Source: Acidobacteriota bacterium (GTDB taxonomy: Bacteria > Acidobacteriota > Terriglobia > UBA7540). Taken from it: 58,920 nucleotides of DNA. Location of the stretch: contig JARRJI010000009.1 of assembly GCA_037379595.1 (NCBI GenBank), positions 1-58,920 on the forward strand, read 5' to 3'. This document shows, piece after piece, positions 18,078-27,835 of the stretch (position 1 is the first letter of the stretch; each line of letters starts with the position of its first letter). Below the pieces are notes generated by a model. It worked only from the letters and a program-made list of their open reading frames with translations, made no database searches and was not told where the DNA came from. The position numbers were made by a program, and so were the translations under genes.

Positions 18078-18873
18078 CCGGGTGCTCGAACGAATGGCGC
18101 AAATGGGGCTCTCCACACGCTTTGTCCGCCGTGTCGAAGGATATGCCACGGGCATCGCTTCGGTCAGCTTGAATGCCGAAGGACAACCGAGCTTCCGGAT
18201 CCACCGCCCCGCCGCCTATGATTTCCCGGAGCTGACAGAGGCGGATCTCCAGGATCTCCTCTCGCCTGTGCCGGACTGGATCTACTATGGGACCCTGCTC
18301 CAGATGAGCGCGCAGGCGCACGAGGTGACCCGAAAGCTGCTAGCCTCAAATTGCGGGGCCCGCAATTTCTATGACATCAACCTTCGGCCCGACTGCTATC
18401 GGCCGCAGCTCGTGCGCGATTTGATGTCGCAGGCGACGGTCGTCAAGCTGAATGACGAAGAGGTTCCTGCCGTCGATCAAATGCAAGGGCGATCCCATTC
18501 CACCCTGGAAGGGTTCTGTCGAGACTACGCAGAGGAGGTGGGCTGGGAAGCGGTCTGTGTCACGCGCGGGTCCGAAGGGTGTGCCCTCTTAATGGGTGAT
18601 GACTTTGTCGAATCGCCGGGCTATAAGACCACGGTGGTCGATACGGTCGGCGCCGGCGACGCCTTTGCGGCGGCCTTTCTGCACGGTTTGGGCAACCGCT
18701 GGCCTGCTGTTTGGTTTCGATACGGCGGTGATTGCCGGGACGACGCACGGATTGAGCGAGAAGTACCACCTTTCGCCCGGCCTCCTGGGGATGACGGTTG
18801 CCATCGCGCTTTGGGGCGCAATCGTCGGGGCGATGTTTGCCGGAATCCCCGGCGAGCGGTTTGGCCGCCGTAA
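18028..18873 (+). pseudogene. PfkB-family fructokinase lacking both N- and C-terminal parts
   Basis: The frame opens right after a stop at 18025-18027 as SRPVYFVSAVGCDERGDRVLERMAQMGLSTRFV... It lacks the ~40 N-terminal residues carrying the first Gly-rich sugar-binding segment (compared from memory with E. coli CscK). It keeps DTVGAGDAFAAAFLHGLGNRWPA, then reads out of frame through the MFS gene. Confidence 0.6.
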
Positions 18874-20008
18874 CAGCCTGCGAGTGCTGGCGACGCTCTA
18901 CCTGGTCTCGGCGCTCGGCTGCGCCTTCGCGTGGGGATGGTACCCGCTGTTGTTCTTTCGCTTTGTAGGAGGGCTGGGGATCGGTGGGTCCTCGGTGCTC
19001 GGGCCGATGTACATCGCGGAGATCTCGCCGGCCAGGTTGCGGGGACGGTTGGTGGGGCTGTTTCAATTCAATGTGGTTTTCGGCATTCTGCTGGCGTACT
19101 TCTCGAACTACCTGATCGCCCTCATGAATTTCGGTGCTCTCGAATGGCGGTGGATGCTGGGCGTTGCAGCAATTCCGGCAGGTCTGTTCCTGCTGATGCT
19201 TCTCGGCATTCCGCAGAGCCCGCGTTGGCTGGCAGGGAAGCGGCGCGTGGATGAAGCGCGAGGAGTGCTGCAACTGGTCGGAGAAGAAAACAGCGAACAG
19301 GAACTCGAAGAGATCCTAGAATCGATGCACCTGGAGCGTGTAAAGGAACCGCTGTTTTCCGGGAAGTACCGGCTGCCCATTTTTCTCGCCGTGTCGATTG
19401 GCGTGTTCAACCAGCTTGCCGGCATCAACGCGATTCTCTATTACCTGAATGACATCTTCGCCCGCGCCGGCTTCAGCGCGCTGTCCGGAGATGTCCAGGC
19501 TGTGGCCGTCGGCGCCACCAATCTGGTGTTTACGGTGATCGCCATGGCAGTGATCGACCGGATCGGGCGCAAGATGCTTCTGCTGATCGGATCGGTAGGG
19601 ACCGCCGCATGCCTGGCCGGAGTGGCTGCGGTTTTCTTCACCTCGCGCCATGAGGGTCTGCTGGTCTGGCTGCTGATGGGGTACATTGCCTTCTTTGCGA
19701 TTTCCCAGGGAGCTGTCATCTGGGTCTACATCAGTGAAGTCTTTCCCAACCGCGTCCGGGCCAAAGGGCAGAGTCTCGGCAGCGCCTCCAACTGGCTTGC
19801 CAACGCGGTGATTTCTGCGGTGTTTCCCTTGATGGCCGTTGCGTCCGGCGCCTATCCGTTCGTCTTCTTTTCCGTCATGATGGTGGTGCAGTTCTTTATG
19901 GTCCTCTTCATATACCCGGAGACCAAGGGCCTGACCCTGGAGGAAATGCAAAGAAAACTCCGAATCCCTGGAGAAGAACCCCTTCAAATGAGGGCAGACG
20001 CAAGGTGA
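18596..20008 (+). CDS. MFS sugar-porter family transporter (5' end uncertain or possibly replaced)
   Basis: GLLFGFDTAVIAG, GRRNSL, FRFVGGLGIGGSSVLGPMYIAEISPARLRG, PQSPRWL, PETKGLTLEEM. The first 30-35 codons of the track ORF lie inside the kinase sequence in another frame. Confidence 0.8.
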   Translation: MMTLSNRRAIRPRWSIRSAPATPLRRPFCTVWATAGLLFGFDTAVIAGTTHGLSEKYHLSPGLLGMTVAIALWGAIVGAMFAGIPGERFGRRNSLRVLATLYLVSALGCAFAWGWYPLLFFRFVGGLGIGGSSVLGPMYIAEISPARLRGRLVGLFQFNVVFGILLAYFSNYLIALMNFGALEWRWMLGVAAIPAGLFLLMLLGIPQSPRWLAGKRRVDEARGVLQLVGEENSEQELEEILESMHLERVKEPLFSGKYRLPIFLAVSIGVFNQLAGINAILYYLNDIFARAGFSALSGDVQAVAVGATNLVFTVIAMAVIDRIGRKMLLLIGSVGTAACLAGVAAVFFTSRHEGLLVWLLMGYIAFFAISQGAVIWVYISEVFPNRVRAKGQSLGSASNWLANAVISAVFPLMAVASGAYPFVFFSVMMVVQFFMVLFIYPETKGLTLEEMQRKLRIPGEEPLQMRADAR

Positions 20009-20386
20009 GGTAAATTGGGTCTTTTATGGAACAAGAAGGAAGTGCGGGGAACTTTTTCGCCCTTGTTAGACGGTTCCTTTCGACGCGTCGTCTAACAGGG
20101 ACAGCCACAAACAGTCGTCCCCGATTCTCTGCTTGACTTGCCTTGTGCTGGATCGTATTTCTGTCTCCGCCCTGGGAAATCGATATCCTGAACCGTGGCT
20201 GATTGAGGATTCGCCCTGAGACAATCGTCTGGACCTCCGATCTCTAGCACATTGTCCATCCCAAGTTCCTCATGCGGGCCAATATCTCGGTCCTCCTGGC
20301 CCGGGTGCTTCATGATTTGATACGACCTGCTCGCTTGTGTCATAATCCAGCGTGAAACTCTGTGAAGGCGTCGGGACGGGCAGGCT

Positions 20387-21631
20387 TTGCACATGAAGAA
20401 TCCCCGGGGATTTTTACTAGGGGCGGGACTGGGCTTTACGCTAATCGTTAGCCTGGGCAGCGTTAGTTTATGGAGCCAATCCAAGGCCCATAGGGCAGGA
20501 ACCGTCCAGACCACTTCGCCGGAAACCAACAACAAGATCGCCGGGCAAGCCGAGCGCGCATTCAATGCCGGCAACTACAAAGACGCTATAAAGTTTTACA
20601 AAGAGCTGGTCAAAACGGCGCCCAGGGTGGCTGAAATTCATTCCAATCTTGCTGTCGCATACTATCTTTCCGGCCAATTCGCAGACGCGGCGCATGAAGC
20701 CCGAATTGCACTCAAGCTCAAACCCACACTCCTCAACGCGCATTACTTTCTTGGCGCAAGCCTTGCCGAAAGTGGTTACTGCAAGGAGGCTTTGCCTTAC
20801 CTGGAAAAGGACTTTTCCCGCGTCAAAGACGCAAAATTAAGGCGCATTATCGGGACCGATACGCTGCGCTGCTCCATGGTCCTGAACCATGTGGACAAAG
20901 CTATCGACTATGATCAGATTCTCACCCGTGAGTTTCCAGACGATCCCGAAATCCTTTACCTTACCACGCACATGTTTTCCGATCTTTCAATGCGGGCCTC
21001 GCAGCGCCTGCTGGGGACCTCGCCGAGTTCATACCAGGTCCACCGCATGAATGCGGAAATTCTGGAACTGCAGGGGAAGCCGCAGGACGCCATCGCAGAA
21101 TACCGCAAGGTCCTCAAACTCGACCCCCACGTGCCGGGTATTCATTATGAAATCGGCAAGCTCCTGCTCCAGCAAAGCCACGATTTAGCAACTTTGCACG
21201 AGGCGAAGAAGGAGTTTGATGCCGAATTGCAGATCGATTCCGGGAACGCCCAGGCGGAGTATCGACTGGGGGAGATTGACAGCACGGTTCGCAACTGGAA
21301 TGATGCGATCACCCATCTCGGTAAGGCCGTCAAACTGGATCCGCAAATGGTGCCGGCCCTGGTCAGATTGGGAGAAGCCTATGCTTCCGCAGGCCGTGTG
21401 AAAGATGCGATCGCACCGCTCAAACGCGCGATAGAACTCGACCCCAATAATGTTGATGCACACTATCGCTTATCTTTCGTGTATCGTCGTCTTGGACGCA
21501 ATCAGGAAGCAGACCAGCAACTTGCAGCGTATAAGAAGGCCTATGAAATGGTCCTTAAATACAAGCAGAGGATTCGGACGGGAGTAGTGGGGGACGTCAC
21601 GAAATCAGAAGCCGGCACTCAAGATCATTAG
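20387..21631 (+). CDS. TPR-repeat protein with N-terminal signal/anchor
   Basis: Multiple TPR units (AERAFNAGNYKDAIKFYKELVKTAP..., AEYRLGEIDSTVRNWNDAITHLGKAVKLDP...). The start may be ATG 20393. Confidence 0.8.
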   Translation: MHMKNPRGFLLGAGLGFTLIVSLGSVSLWSQSKAHRAGTVQTTSPETNNKIAGQAERAFNAGNYKDAIKFYKELVKTAPRVAEIHSNLAVAYYLSGQFADAAHEARIALKLKPTLLNAHYFLGASLAESGYCKEALPYLEKDFSRVKDAKLRRIIGTDTLRCSMVLNHVDKAIDYDQILTREFPDDPEILYLTTHMFSDLSMRASQRLLGTSPSSYQVHRMNAEILELQGKPQDAIAEYRKVLKLDPHVPGIHYEIGKLLLQQSHDLATLHEAKKEFDAELQIDSGNAQAEYRLGEIDSTVRNWNDAITHLGKAVKLDPQMVPALVRLGEAYASAGRVKDAIAPLKRAIELDPNNVDAHYRLSFVYRRLGRNQEADQQLAAYKKAYEMVLKYKQRIRTGVVGDVTKSEAGTQDH

Positions 21632-21674
21632 TGCCGGAATATTCCTGGGCCCCATGCGTTAGTCCTGCGACCCC

Positions 21675-23432
21675 ATGAACAGAAGAGGTTTTTTCAGATC
21701 CATTTTGTCAGCCGGAGCTGTTCTCTGGCCTCTGGCCAGGTTGCATGCCCAGGGGATGGCTTCGCGGGGCGTGCTTCCTGCGCCGCGGCCGAAATTCTCC
21801 GGCCGCCCATGGCCTGTAACCTTTACAGATGTTGCGCCCCACGCCAATCTTATCGTTCCGGTGGTCTACGGGGAAGAATACGTCAAGCACTATATATTCG
21901 AGGCGAACGGGCCAGGCGTTGCATTCTATGATTACGATAACGACGGATGGCTTGACGCTTTTGTCCCCAGTGGGACGCTGGAAGGAGGATTACCTCCCGG
22001 CCAGCCACCTCCGACAAACCACCTTTACCATAATAACCGTGACGGAACATTCACCGACGTGACGGGAAAGGCCGGCCTGACGCGTACTGGCTGGTGCTAT
22101 GGTGTCTGCATTGGCGACTACGACAACGACGGATACGACGACCTCTTCCTGACGTACTACGGTAAGAACGTTCTTTATCACAACAACGGAGATGGGACCT
22201 TCACTGACGTTACCCAGAAGGCAGGGCTCGGGCAGTCTCAAACACGCTTCTCAACGGGATGTACCTTCATCGATTATGACCGGGATGGACACCTGGACCT
22301 TTTCGTGTCCCGCTACATCGACTATGATTTCGCGAAAGGTCCGGTGGGCGGAAAGAGCCAGGCCTGCAAGTTCGAGGGAGTACCCGTCGCCTGCGGCCCG
22401 ATGGGCTTACCTAAGGAAACCTGCTCGCTTTACCACAATAACGGCAACGGGACCTTTACTGAAGTGACCGAAAAGGCGGGGATTGCAAAAGGTGGGCGTC
22501 GTTACGGGCTTACAGCCGTATCATTCGATTACAACAATGATGGCTGGCCCGATATCTTCGTCGCCTGTGACTCCACTCCCAATCTTCTCTTTCGTAACAA
22601 CCATGACGGGACTTTCACCGAAATCGGAATGGAAGCCGGCTGTGCGGTGAACTCTGATGGACAGGTGCAATCCGGGATGGGCGTGGCAGTGGGGGATTAC
22701 GATGCTGACGGCTATCTTGACTTATTCCTTCCGCACTTCAGTGGCGACACGCCGATCCTCTATCACAACATCGGAGGAAAATACTTTGACGACGCCACCT
22801 ACGCGGCGGGCCTTGCGGTCAATACCAGATACGTTTGCTGGGGTGTTGGTTTTGAAGACTTAGACAACGACGGCTGGCTCGACATTTTTCACGTCACCGG
22901 GACTGTCTATCCTGCGGTTGAAAAGGTCCATCCGGACTACAAGTTCAAAACGCAACGAGTGGTCTACCGCAATCTCGGCAACGGAAATTTCGAGGAGGTT
23001 TCCAACCTGTGTGGACCGGCAGTCCTGCAGCCCCATTCGAGCCGGGGCTGCGCTTTTGGTGATTTCAACAATGATGGCAGCCTGGATGTCCTGATCATCA
23101 ATCTTAGCGAGCCGCCTTCTCTTCTCAGAAACAACAATACGAGTGACAATCACTGGCTGGTCGTGAAGCCCATCGGCACGCGCTCAAACCGCTCTGCCAT
23201 CGGCGCCCGAATCATTGCTACCGCGAACGGCCATCGGCAGATTCGAGAGGTAATGAGCGGGTCCAGTTACATTTCTCAAAGCGATTTTCGGCAGCATTTC
23301 GGGCTTGGGAAAAACGGTAAGGTCGACTCCGTGGAAGTGCGGTGGCCGAGCGGCCACGTTGACCGCCTGTCAGGTATAGAAGCCAATCAGTTTATCGTGA
23401 TCCGGGAAGCGGAAGGGCTGGTCCGCTCATGA
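21675..23432 (+). CDS. CRTAC1-family protein (FG-GAP/VCBS repeats + ASPIC/UnbV C-terminal domain) with Tat-type signal
   Basis: MNRRGFFRSILSAGAVLWPLARLHAQG. Repeated DYDNDGxxDxF...LYHNNGDGTFTDVTxKAGL units. C-terminal GARIIATANGHRQIREVMSGSSYISQSDFRQHFGLG...VEVRWPSG. Confidence 0.85.
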   Translation: MNRRGFFRSILSAGAVLWPLARLHAQGMASRGVLPAPRPKFSGRPWPVTFTDVAPHANLIVPVVYGEEYVKHYIFEANGPGVAFYDYDNDGWLDAFVPSGTLEGGLPPGQPPPTNHLYHNNRDGTFTDVTGKAGLTRTGWCYGVCIGDYDNDGYDDLFLTYYGKNVLYHNNGDGTFTDVTQKAGLGQSQTRFSTGCTFIDYDRDGHLDLFVSRYIDYDFAKGPVGGKSQACKFEGVPVACGPMGLPKETCSLYHNNGNGTFTEVTEKAGIAKGGRRYGLTAVSFDYNNDGWPDIFVACDSTPNLLFRNNHDGTFTEIGMEAGCAVNSDGQVQSGMGVAVGDYDADGYLDLFLPHFSGDTPILYHNIGGKYFDDATYAAGLAVNTRYVCWGVGFEDLDNDGWLDIFHVTGTVYPAVEKVHPDYKFKTQRVVYRNLGNGNFEEVSNLCGPAVLQPHSSRGCAFGDFNNDGSLDVLIINLSEPPSLLRNNNTSDNHWLVVKPIGTRSNRSAIGARIIATANGHRQIREVMSGSSYISQSDFRQHFGLGKNGKVDSVEVRWPSGHVDRLSGIEANQFIVIREAEGLVRS

Positions 23433-23495
23433 CGAGCGGATTTCCTCTCTTCGGGAGCGGTGACGCGATCGCAGTTATCACTCACCGTGCAATCC

Positions 23496-24518
23496 TCAGC
23501 GGGAGGCAGCTTGGGAAGAGAGAACACCGGCAGCTTCCATCTGTTTCATGACGGTCCGAATTCTGGGAGCAAAGGGGCCCTTCGGCTTCGCCCGGAGGTA
23601 GGCCTTCATTTCGCGATAAGCATCGTCGTATTTGGATTCCTTAAGGTAAACATCCGCTAATTTGACATGCAGGATCGGGGGCGGTGTCTTATTCAATGAG
23701 GATACCTCGCGAAACTCCTTCTCAGCTTCCCCGTAATCCTTCATTCCGAAATGCGCGATTCCCATTTCATAGTGGAACTGCCAGGAGTCGGGCGAGTGCG
23801 CGAGCCCCTGCTTGAGGATTTTCGCACTCTCTGTGTATTGCTTCTCAGCGTTTAATAGCTGGGCCAACTCTTCATAGGCATTCAGGAAAGAACTGTCGCA
23901 CCTAATTGCTTTCCTCAGTCGGTTCTCCGCCTCGGAGAGATGTGCCTTCCTGACAATCAAAGTTGTGGCCATGTCAGTCTGGGCTCGGGCGTAACACGGG
24001 TAGTCCTGTGTTGCTTGCTCAAAGTGACGCTGAGCCTCCGAAAAGTGATGCGCCCTGAAAGCACGTTGTCCTTTGCGATATTCCTTTCTTGCTCGTTCCG
24101 GAATTTTCAGTTCCGCTACGGAGGTCACGGCACCCTTGTTTTCCTGGGTCTTGTTCTTGGGAGTCAGGCGAAAATTAGCGGTGACGTTGTCACCCGAGTG
24201 CCGAAGGTTGGCTTCCCTCTCTGCAGTTTGAAATCCGGTCGCGGACACCACCAGGTGATAGTCGATCTTGTATATGTTGTCGAACTCATAATGCCCACTG
24301 GAGTCTGCAGGCTGTTGAGCAACTAACTGGCCTTCGTTGGTTTCCAGGCGTACGGTCACGCCGAATGGAATTATCGCGCCGTCCCGGGTTGTCACTTGCC
24401 CACTGATTGAGGCGATACCCTGACAAATCAGGGCAGGGGCCTGTCCGAAAAGGATCGGAAAGACTACGAGTACCGAGACGACTACTTTCCTCCACGAAAC
24501 TAATCGGAGTGATTGCAT
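23496..24518 (-). CDS. carboxypeptidase-regulatory-like domain + TPR-repeat protein
   Basis: The N-terminal segment ISGQVTTRDGAIIPFGVTVRLETNEGQLVAQQPADSSGHYEFDNI...VVSATGF is followed by TPR units. Confidence 0.75.
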   Translation of the reverse strand: MQSLRLVSWRKVVVSVLVVFPILFGQAPALICQGIASISGQVTTRDGAIIPFGVTVRLETNEGQLVAQQPADSSGHYEFDNIYKIDYHLVVSATGFQTAEREANLRHSGDNVTANFRLTPKNKTQENKGAVTSVAELKIPERARKEYRKGQRAFRAHHFSEAQRHFEQATQDYPCYARAQTDMATTLIVRKAHLSEAENRLRKAIRCDSSFLNAYEELAQLLNAEKQYTESAKILKQGLAHSPDSWQFHYEMGIAHFGMKDYGEAEKEFREVSSLNKTPPPILHVKLADVYLKESKYDDAYREMKAYLRAKPKGPFAPRIRTVMKQMEAAGVLSSQAASR

Positions 24519-24733
24519 TGGTCGTCCTCAGACAAGGAATGGTTGAGCTTTATTTCCCCCTATCTTGAGGATACTATCTAACGCCTCGGCTCGTGTCAAG
24601 CAAGCCTACCAACTGGATTACTTGGTCACAGCTATTTGCCTACCAAGGCCACCGTAGAAGCTGATTCCCGCACCACCTACATTCGCCATGACAGACTTGT
24701 GCGATGGGCCGTTCACGGCGAACGGCGGACTTG

Positions 24734-27400
24734 CTACCTCCCTGCGGGGACCGAGCCCGCCGCAATGTTCCACCCGTTGATGGCCACGTAGGGCGTTGCG
24801 CCCTGCAGGGCGGCTTTCGAATAGCTGGCTGTAATCTCCCTCTCTTCTCCCGGCATCAGCTCAAAGTAGTTGTTTTGCCAGAACACCGGCAGGATCTCGT
24901 CGCCGTGGTCGTTCTTGTTCACGCGAAGGTGAATGAAGAAAGCCAGATGCGATGAGGGATTCCGGACCGTCACCTGGGTTACATCCCGGTCGCCCTCTTG
25001 GCGCGTCGTGGCCCGAACGTCCAGCCGCACCTCAGGAAGGCTGTTCAGCCCCGTGAAGTCTGCGTAGGAACTAGTCGGTGTGTAGTACCACTTTGACTTC
25101 TGCCAGTCCAGAACGTCCGGCTTGGTGGAGAGCCAGTAGAAATTAGTGCTCTCCAGTTTTCCCGCCGAATCCTTCAGAGTCAGGCGGAGGAAGTAGGTGG
25201 TTGAAAGGTCGTTCAGCTTGGGCAATTCGAACACTCGCGTGCTGCTGTTTGGCTCAATGTTGACAGTCTGTTCCTTCGAAAACACCTTCTTCAGGTTGAT
25301 GTCATAAACCGTGGCGCTGACCTCGAACTTCTGGTACGGGTGCAGTTGCGAATTTACCACCACCACCGACTGGTCGTCATAGGAGTACTGCACGTGGAGT
25401 GGTTCGCACGCCTTCTTGGTTCCGAAGTAACCACCAGCCGGGCGCAGGTAGTAGTCGTAAAGGTGCCAGATCAGGCCCGGCCACGCATTGTTGAGCATCC
25501 ACTGGATGACGCCAGTCGAGACGAACTTGTTCCGGCGGAAGCCCTCGAACATCGCGCGCTGGCCTTCATAAGTCATTAGTTGAGACTCCTCGGCGTATTT
25601 CTCAACGTTAGTTGGTTTGCCGTAGCGCGCATCCATCGCATTGTTAAAGACGGTCAGGTGCTGGAACTGCCCGCCGCCGGCGTGAAAATTCCAGACCGGG
25701 TTGATCGGCCACAGGTCCTTTTCCGGCATCATCATTTTCAGCGAGGACACCGGAGGCACGGCCGGGCCGGGACTGATCTCTGTCGCGAATCCCCACGCCC
25801 CTCCATGCTTGGTATCGAGCAGCCAGTAATTTGGAGGAACCCACTGGTAAGGCCCGTTCATCTTCACTCCGGACTCCCCGGTCACCGTGGTCGGCCGCGC
25901 CGTGGCCGACGACTGGTGAGGATTGGGCCAATGGGTTTCAGCCAGAATCTTCAGATACATCCTCTCGACGCGCGGCGGCGGCGGGTTGTCACTTCCGTAG
26001 AGCCAGTCCAGCATGCAGGGATGGTTGCGCAGGCGGCGGATCTGGTCCCGCAGCGAGTCGCCCGCCACGGTGTAATTCTCGGCTTTCCAGGTCTTCCACT
26101 TTTCCCAATGGTCGCAACAACACCAGCCGGCCAGCACCAGAATTCCGTATCGGTCACAAAGATCGAAGAAGTGGTTGTCAACGATCTTTCCTTCCAGCCG
26201 GATCGTGTTCAGGTGCATGTCCTTGACGTACTGGATCTCCTCTTCGGTCTTTTTCGGATTGAAGCGCAGCATCATGTCCGGAGACCAGCCGGCGCCGAGA
26301 ATCAGAATCGGCTTGCCGTTCACCATGAACTCGCGATAGCCGTGCGAGTTGAGCTCGGAAGTGATTTCGCGAATCCCGAACTGGACGTCGTGGCTGTCGG
26401 AAACCTCGCCGCCGGTTTCAAACTGCAGCTTGAGGTGATAGAGATTCTGAGGGCCCATCTGCCACGGCCACCACAGGCGGGGGTGGTGGAAGTTCAGTTG
26501 CGAAAAATGAGTGGGATCAAGAGTGACGTCGCGCGTCTCATGCGGCTTCAGTTCCACTTCCTGCTGGAACTCTACTTCTCCGATGCTCCCCTTCAGCACC
26601 CCGCGGACATCATGGTCGGTCGCGTTCTCAAGCCCCGCCCGGATGGTGAGATGCGCCACATCGAGATTCGGCAGGTCGAACTTCGTCTCTACCTGCGGAT
26701 ACTGAACGGCCACGGGCCCCGTTGCCGTTATCGAGACACCACGCCACAATCCCATGTCCTTGTCGGGAGGTGCCGGGTTCCAGTCCACAAAGGTGATGCC
26801 CAGATCGTCGTAGTGCGGAGCGGAAACCTCAACAGCCAGAGTATTCGTCTTGCCCGGCTGGGCCGCGGCTGTCACGTTGAAGTCATAGGTCCGCCACATA
26901 CCCACCACCTGGGAGGGGCCAGCAATCTGGTGTCCGTTCAGCCAGATGGTGGCGCGGTAATTGATGCCGCCAAAGTGCAGCCAGATCTGCTTTCCCGCAA
27001 AGCTTGCGGGCAATTCGAAACTTGTCCGGTACCACCAAGGCACTTTGAACGGACTGTCTTCCGGCATGTGAAGGTTTGAAAAGTTGGCGCCAATCGGGTA
27101 GCTGGTGCCGGGGATGTAGCGCAGATTCATCCCGAAATAAGGATCGCGGTAGACGTTGTTCTTTACCAGCGCGGCCAGCACCGTGGAAGGAACGTCGGTC
27201 TTGTACCAGCCGGAGGGATGGAACTCGCTTTGCGAAACGGCGCTTCCTTTCTCAGGCACTTGAGCGGACGACTGCAGCTCCCAGCCCTGAGACAGTGTGA
27301 GACGAAGCGACCCGGACCGCGTCCCTCCAGCCTGCGCGGCAAACATGGACCCTGCTCCAACAAACAGTGATAAGAGAAACACACCAGCACGCACCCGCAT
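24734..27400 (-). CDS. glycoside hydrolase family 2 (exo-beta-D-glucosaminidase/beta-mannosidase-like), secreted
   Basis: 888 aa with signal peptide. GH2 sugar-binding region (WLHFGGINYRATIWLNGHQI) and catalytic-barrel region NTIRLEGK...LAGWCCCDHWEKW. Confidence 0.8.
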   Translation of the reverse strand: MRVRAGVFLLSLFVGAGSMFAAQAGGTRSGSLRLTLSQGWELQSSAQVPEKGSAVSQSEFHPSGWYKTDVPSTVLAALVKNNVYRDPYFGMNLRYIPGTSYPIGANFSNLHMPEDSPFKVPWWYRTSFELPASFAGKQIWLHFGGINYRATIWLNGHQIAGPSQVVGMWRTYDFNVTAAAQPGKTNTLAVEVSAPHYDDLGITFVDWNPAPPDKDMGLWRGVSITATGPVAVQYPQVETKFDLPNLDVAHLTIRAGLENATDHDVRGVLKGSIGEVEFQQEVELKPHETRDVTLDPTHFSQLNFHHPRLWWPWQMGPQNLYHLKLQFETGGEVSDSHDVQFGIREITSELNSHGYREFMVNGKPILILGAGWSPDMMLRFNPKKTEEEIQYVKDMHLNTIRLEGKIVDNHFFDLCDRYGILVLAGWCCCDHWEKWKTWKAENYTVAGDSLRDQIRRLRNHPCMLDWLYGSDNPPPPRVERMYLKILAETHWPNPHQSSATARPTTVTGESGVKMNGPYQWVPPNYWLLDTKHGGAWGFATEISPGPAVPPVSSLKMMMPEKDLWPINPVWNFHAGGGQFQHLTVFNNAMDARYGKPTNVEKYAEESQLMTYEGQRAMFEGFRRNKFVSTGVIQWMLNNAWPGLIWHLYDYYLRPAGGYFGTKKACEPLHVQYSYDDQSVVVVNSQLHPYQKFEVSATVYDINLKKVFSKEQTVNIEPNSSTRVFELPKLNDLSTTYFLRLTLKDSAGKLESTNFYWLSTKPDVLDWQKSKWYYTPTSSYADFTGLNSLPEVRLDVRATTRQEGDRDVTQVTVRNPSSHLAFFIHLRVNKNDHGDEILPVFWQNNYFELMPGEEREITASYSKAALQGATPYVAINGWNIAAGSVPAGR

Positions 27401-27835
27401 GATACCCTCCCTGACATATTGAATCGCGACTCGTTTAGCCCGCCATTATACAGCAAACCGGGATGTTTTGACCCTACATTCCGGATTCAGTGTCGCAGAA
27501 GTCTGTTGTGAAAACGACCGAACATCGCGAGGGTCCGATGAGTTGTAAGACCGCAATGCGCCGCACGACACTGGGCCAAAGAAAACACATGCGACAACAA
27601 ACCCTCTGGATTTCCAACAGCCAGGTCGCGGAGCGGCTATCCCATCCCTCCTGCGAACGTCTCGATACCTCCAGGCGCGCGATCAATCTGGCGACTTTGT
27701 CGTGAAGATTTGTGCAAAGTTTCAAACACCCGGGTTAAGTATTCAGGAACGGCCCTCCCAAATAAAACAATCCAGTCATTTTTTGCTGTAGTACACTACC
27801 GGGTTTTGTTAGAGTTCTCTCTACAGGGAGGCGAC

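Noticed and set aside
20075-20100. Hairpin gttagacg...cgtctaac after the MFS gene as an intrinsic terminator
   Set aside because: The loop is large (about 15 nt) and no T-run follows; too weak to annotate.
20092-20320. Cys-rich C-terminus (…TTVCGCPC) after a LEIGG motif, reminiscent of a RiPP precursor
   Set aside because: No SD, third-position GC is well below that of neighbouring genes, and there are no modification or export genes beyond an unrelated sugar MFS. It is part of a 160-aa ORF that overlaps the TPR gene start.
25580-27079. 499-aa plus-strand ORF
   Set aside because: It lies entirely antisense to the well-supported GH2 gene. The translation is Arg/Pro/Gly/Val-rich with no motifs, a typical GC-rich shadow ORF.
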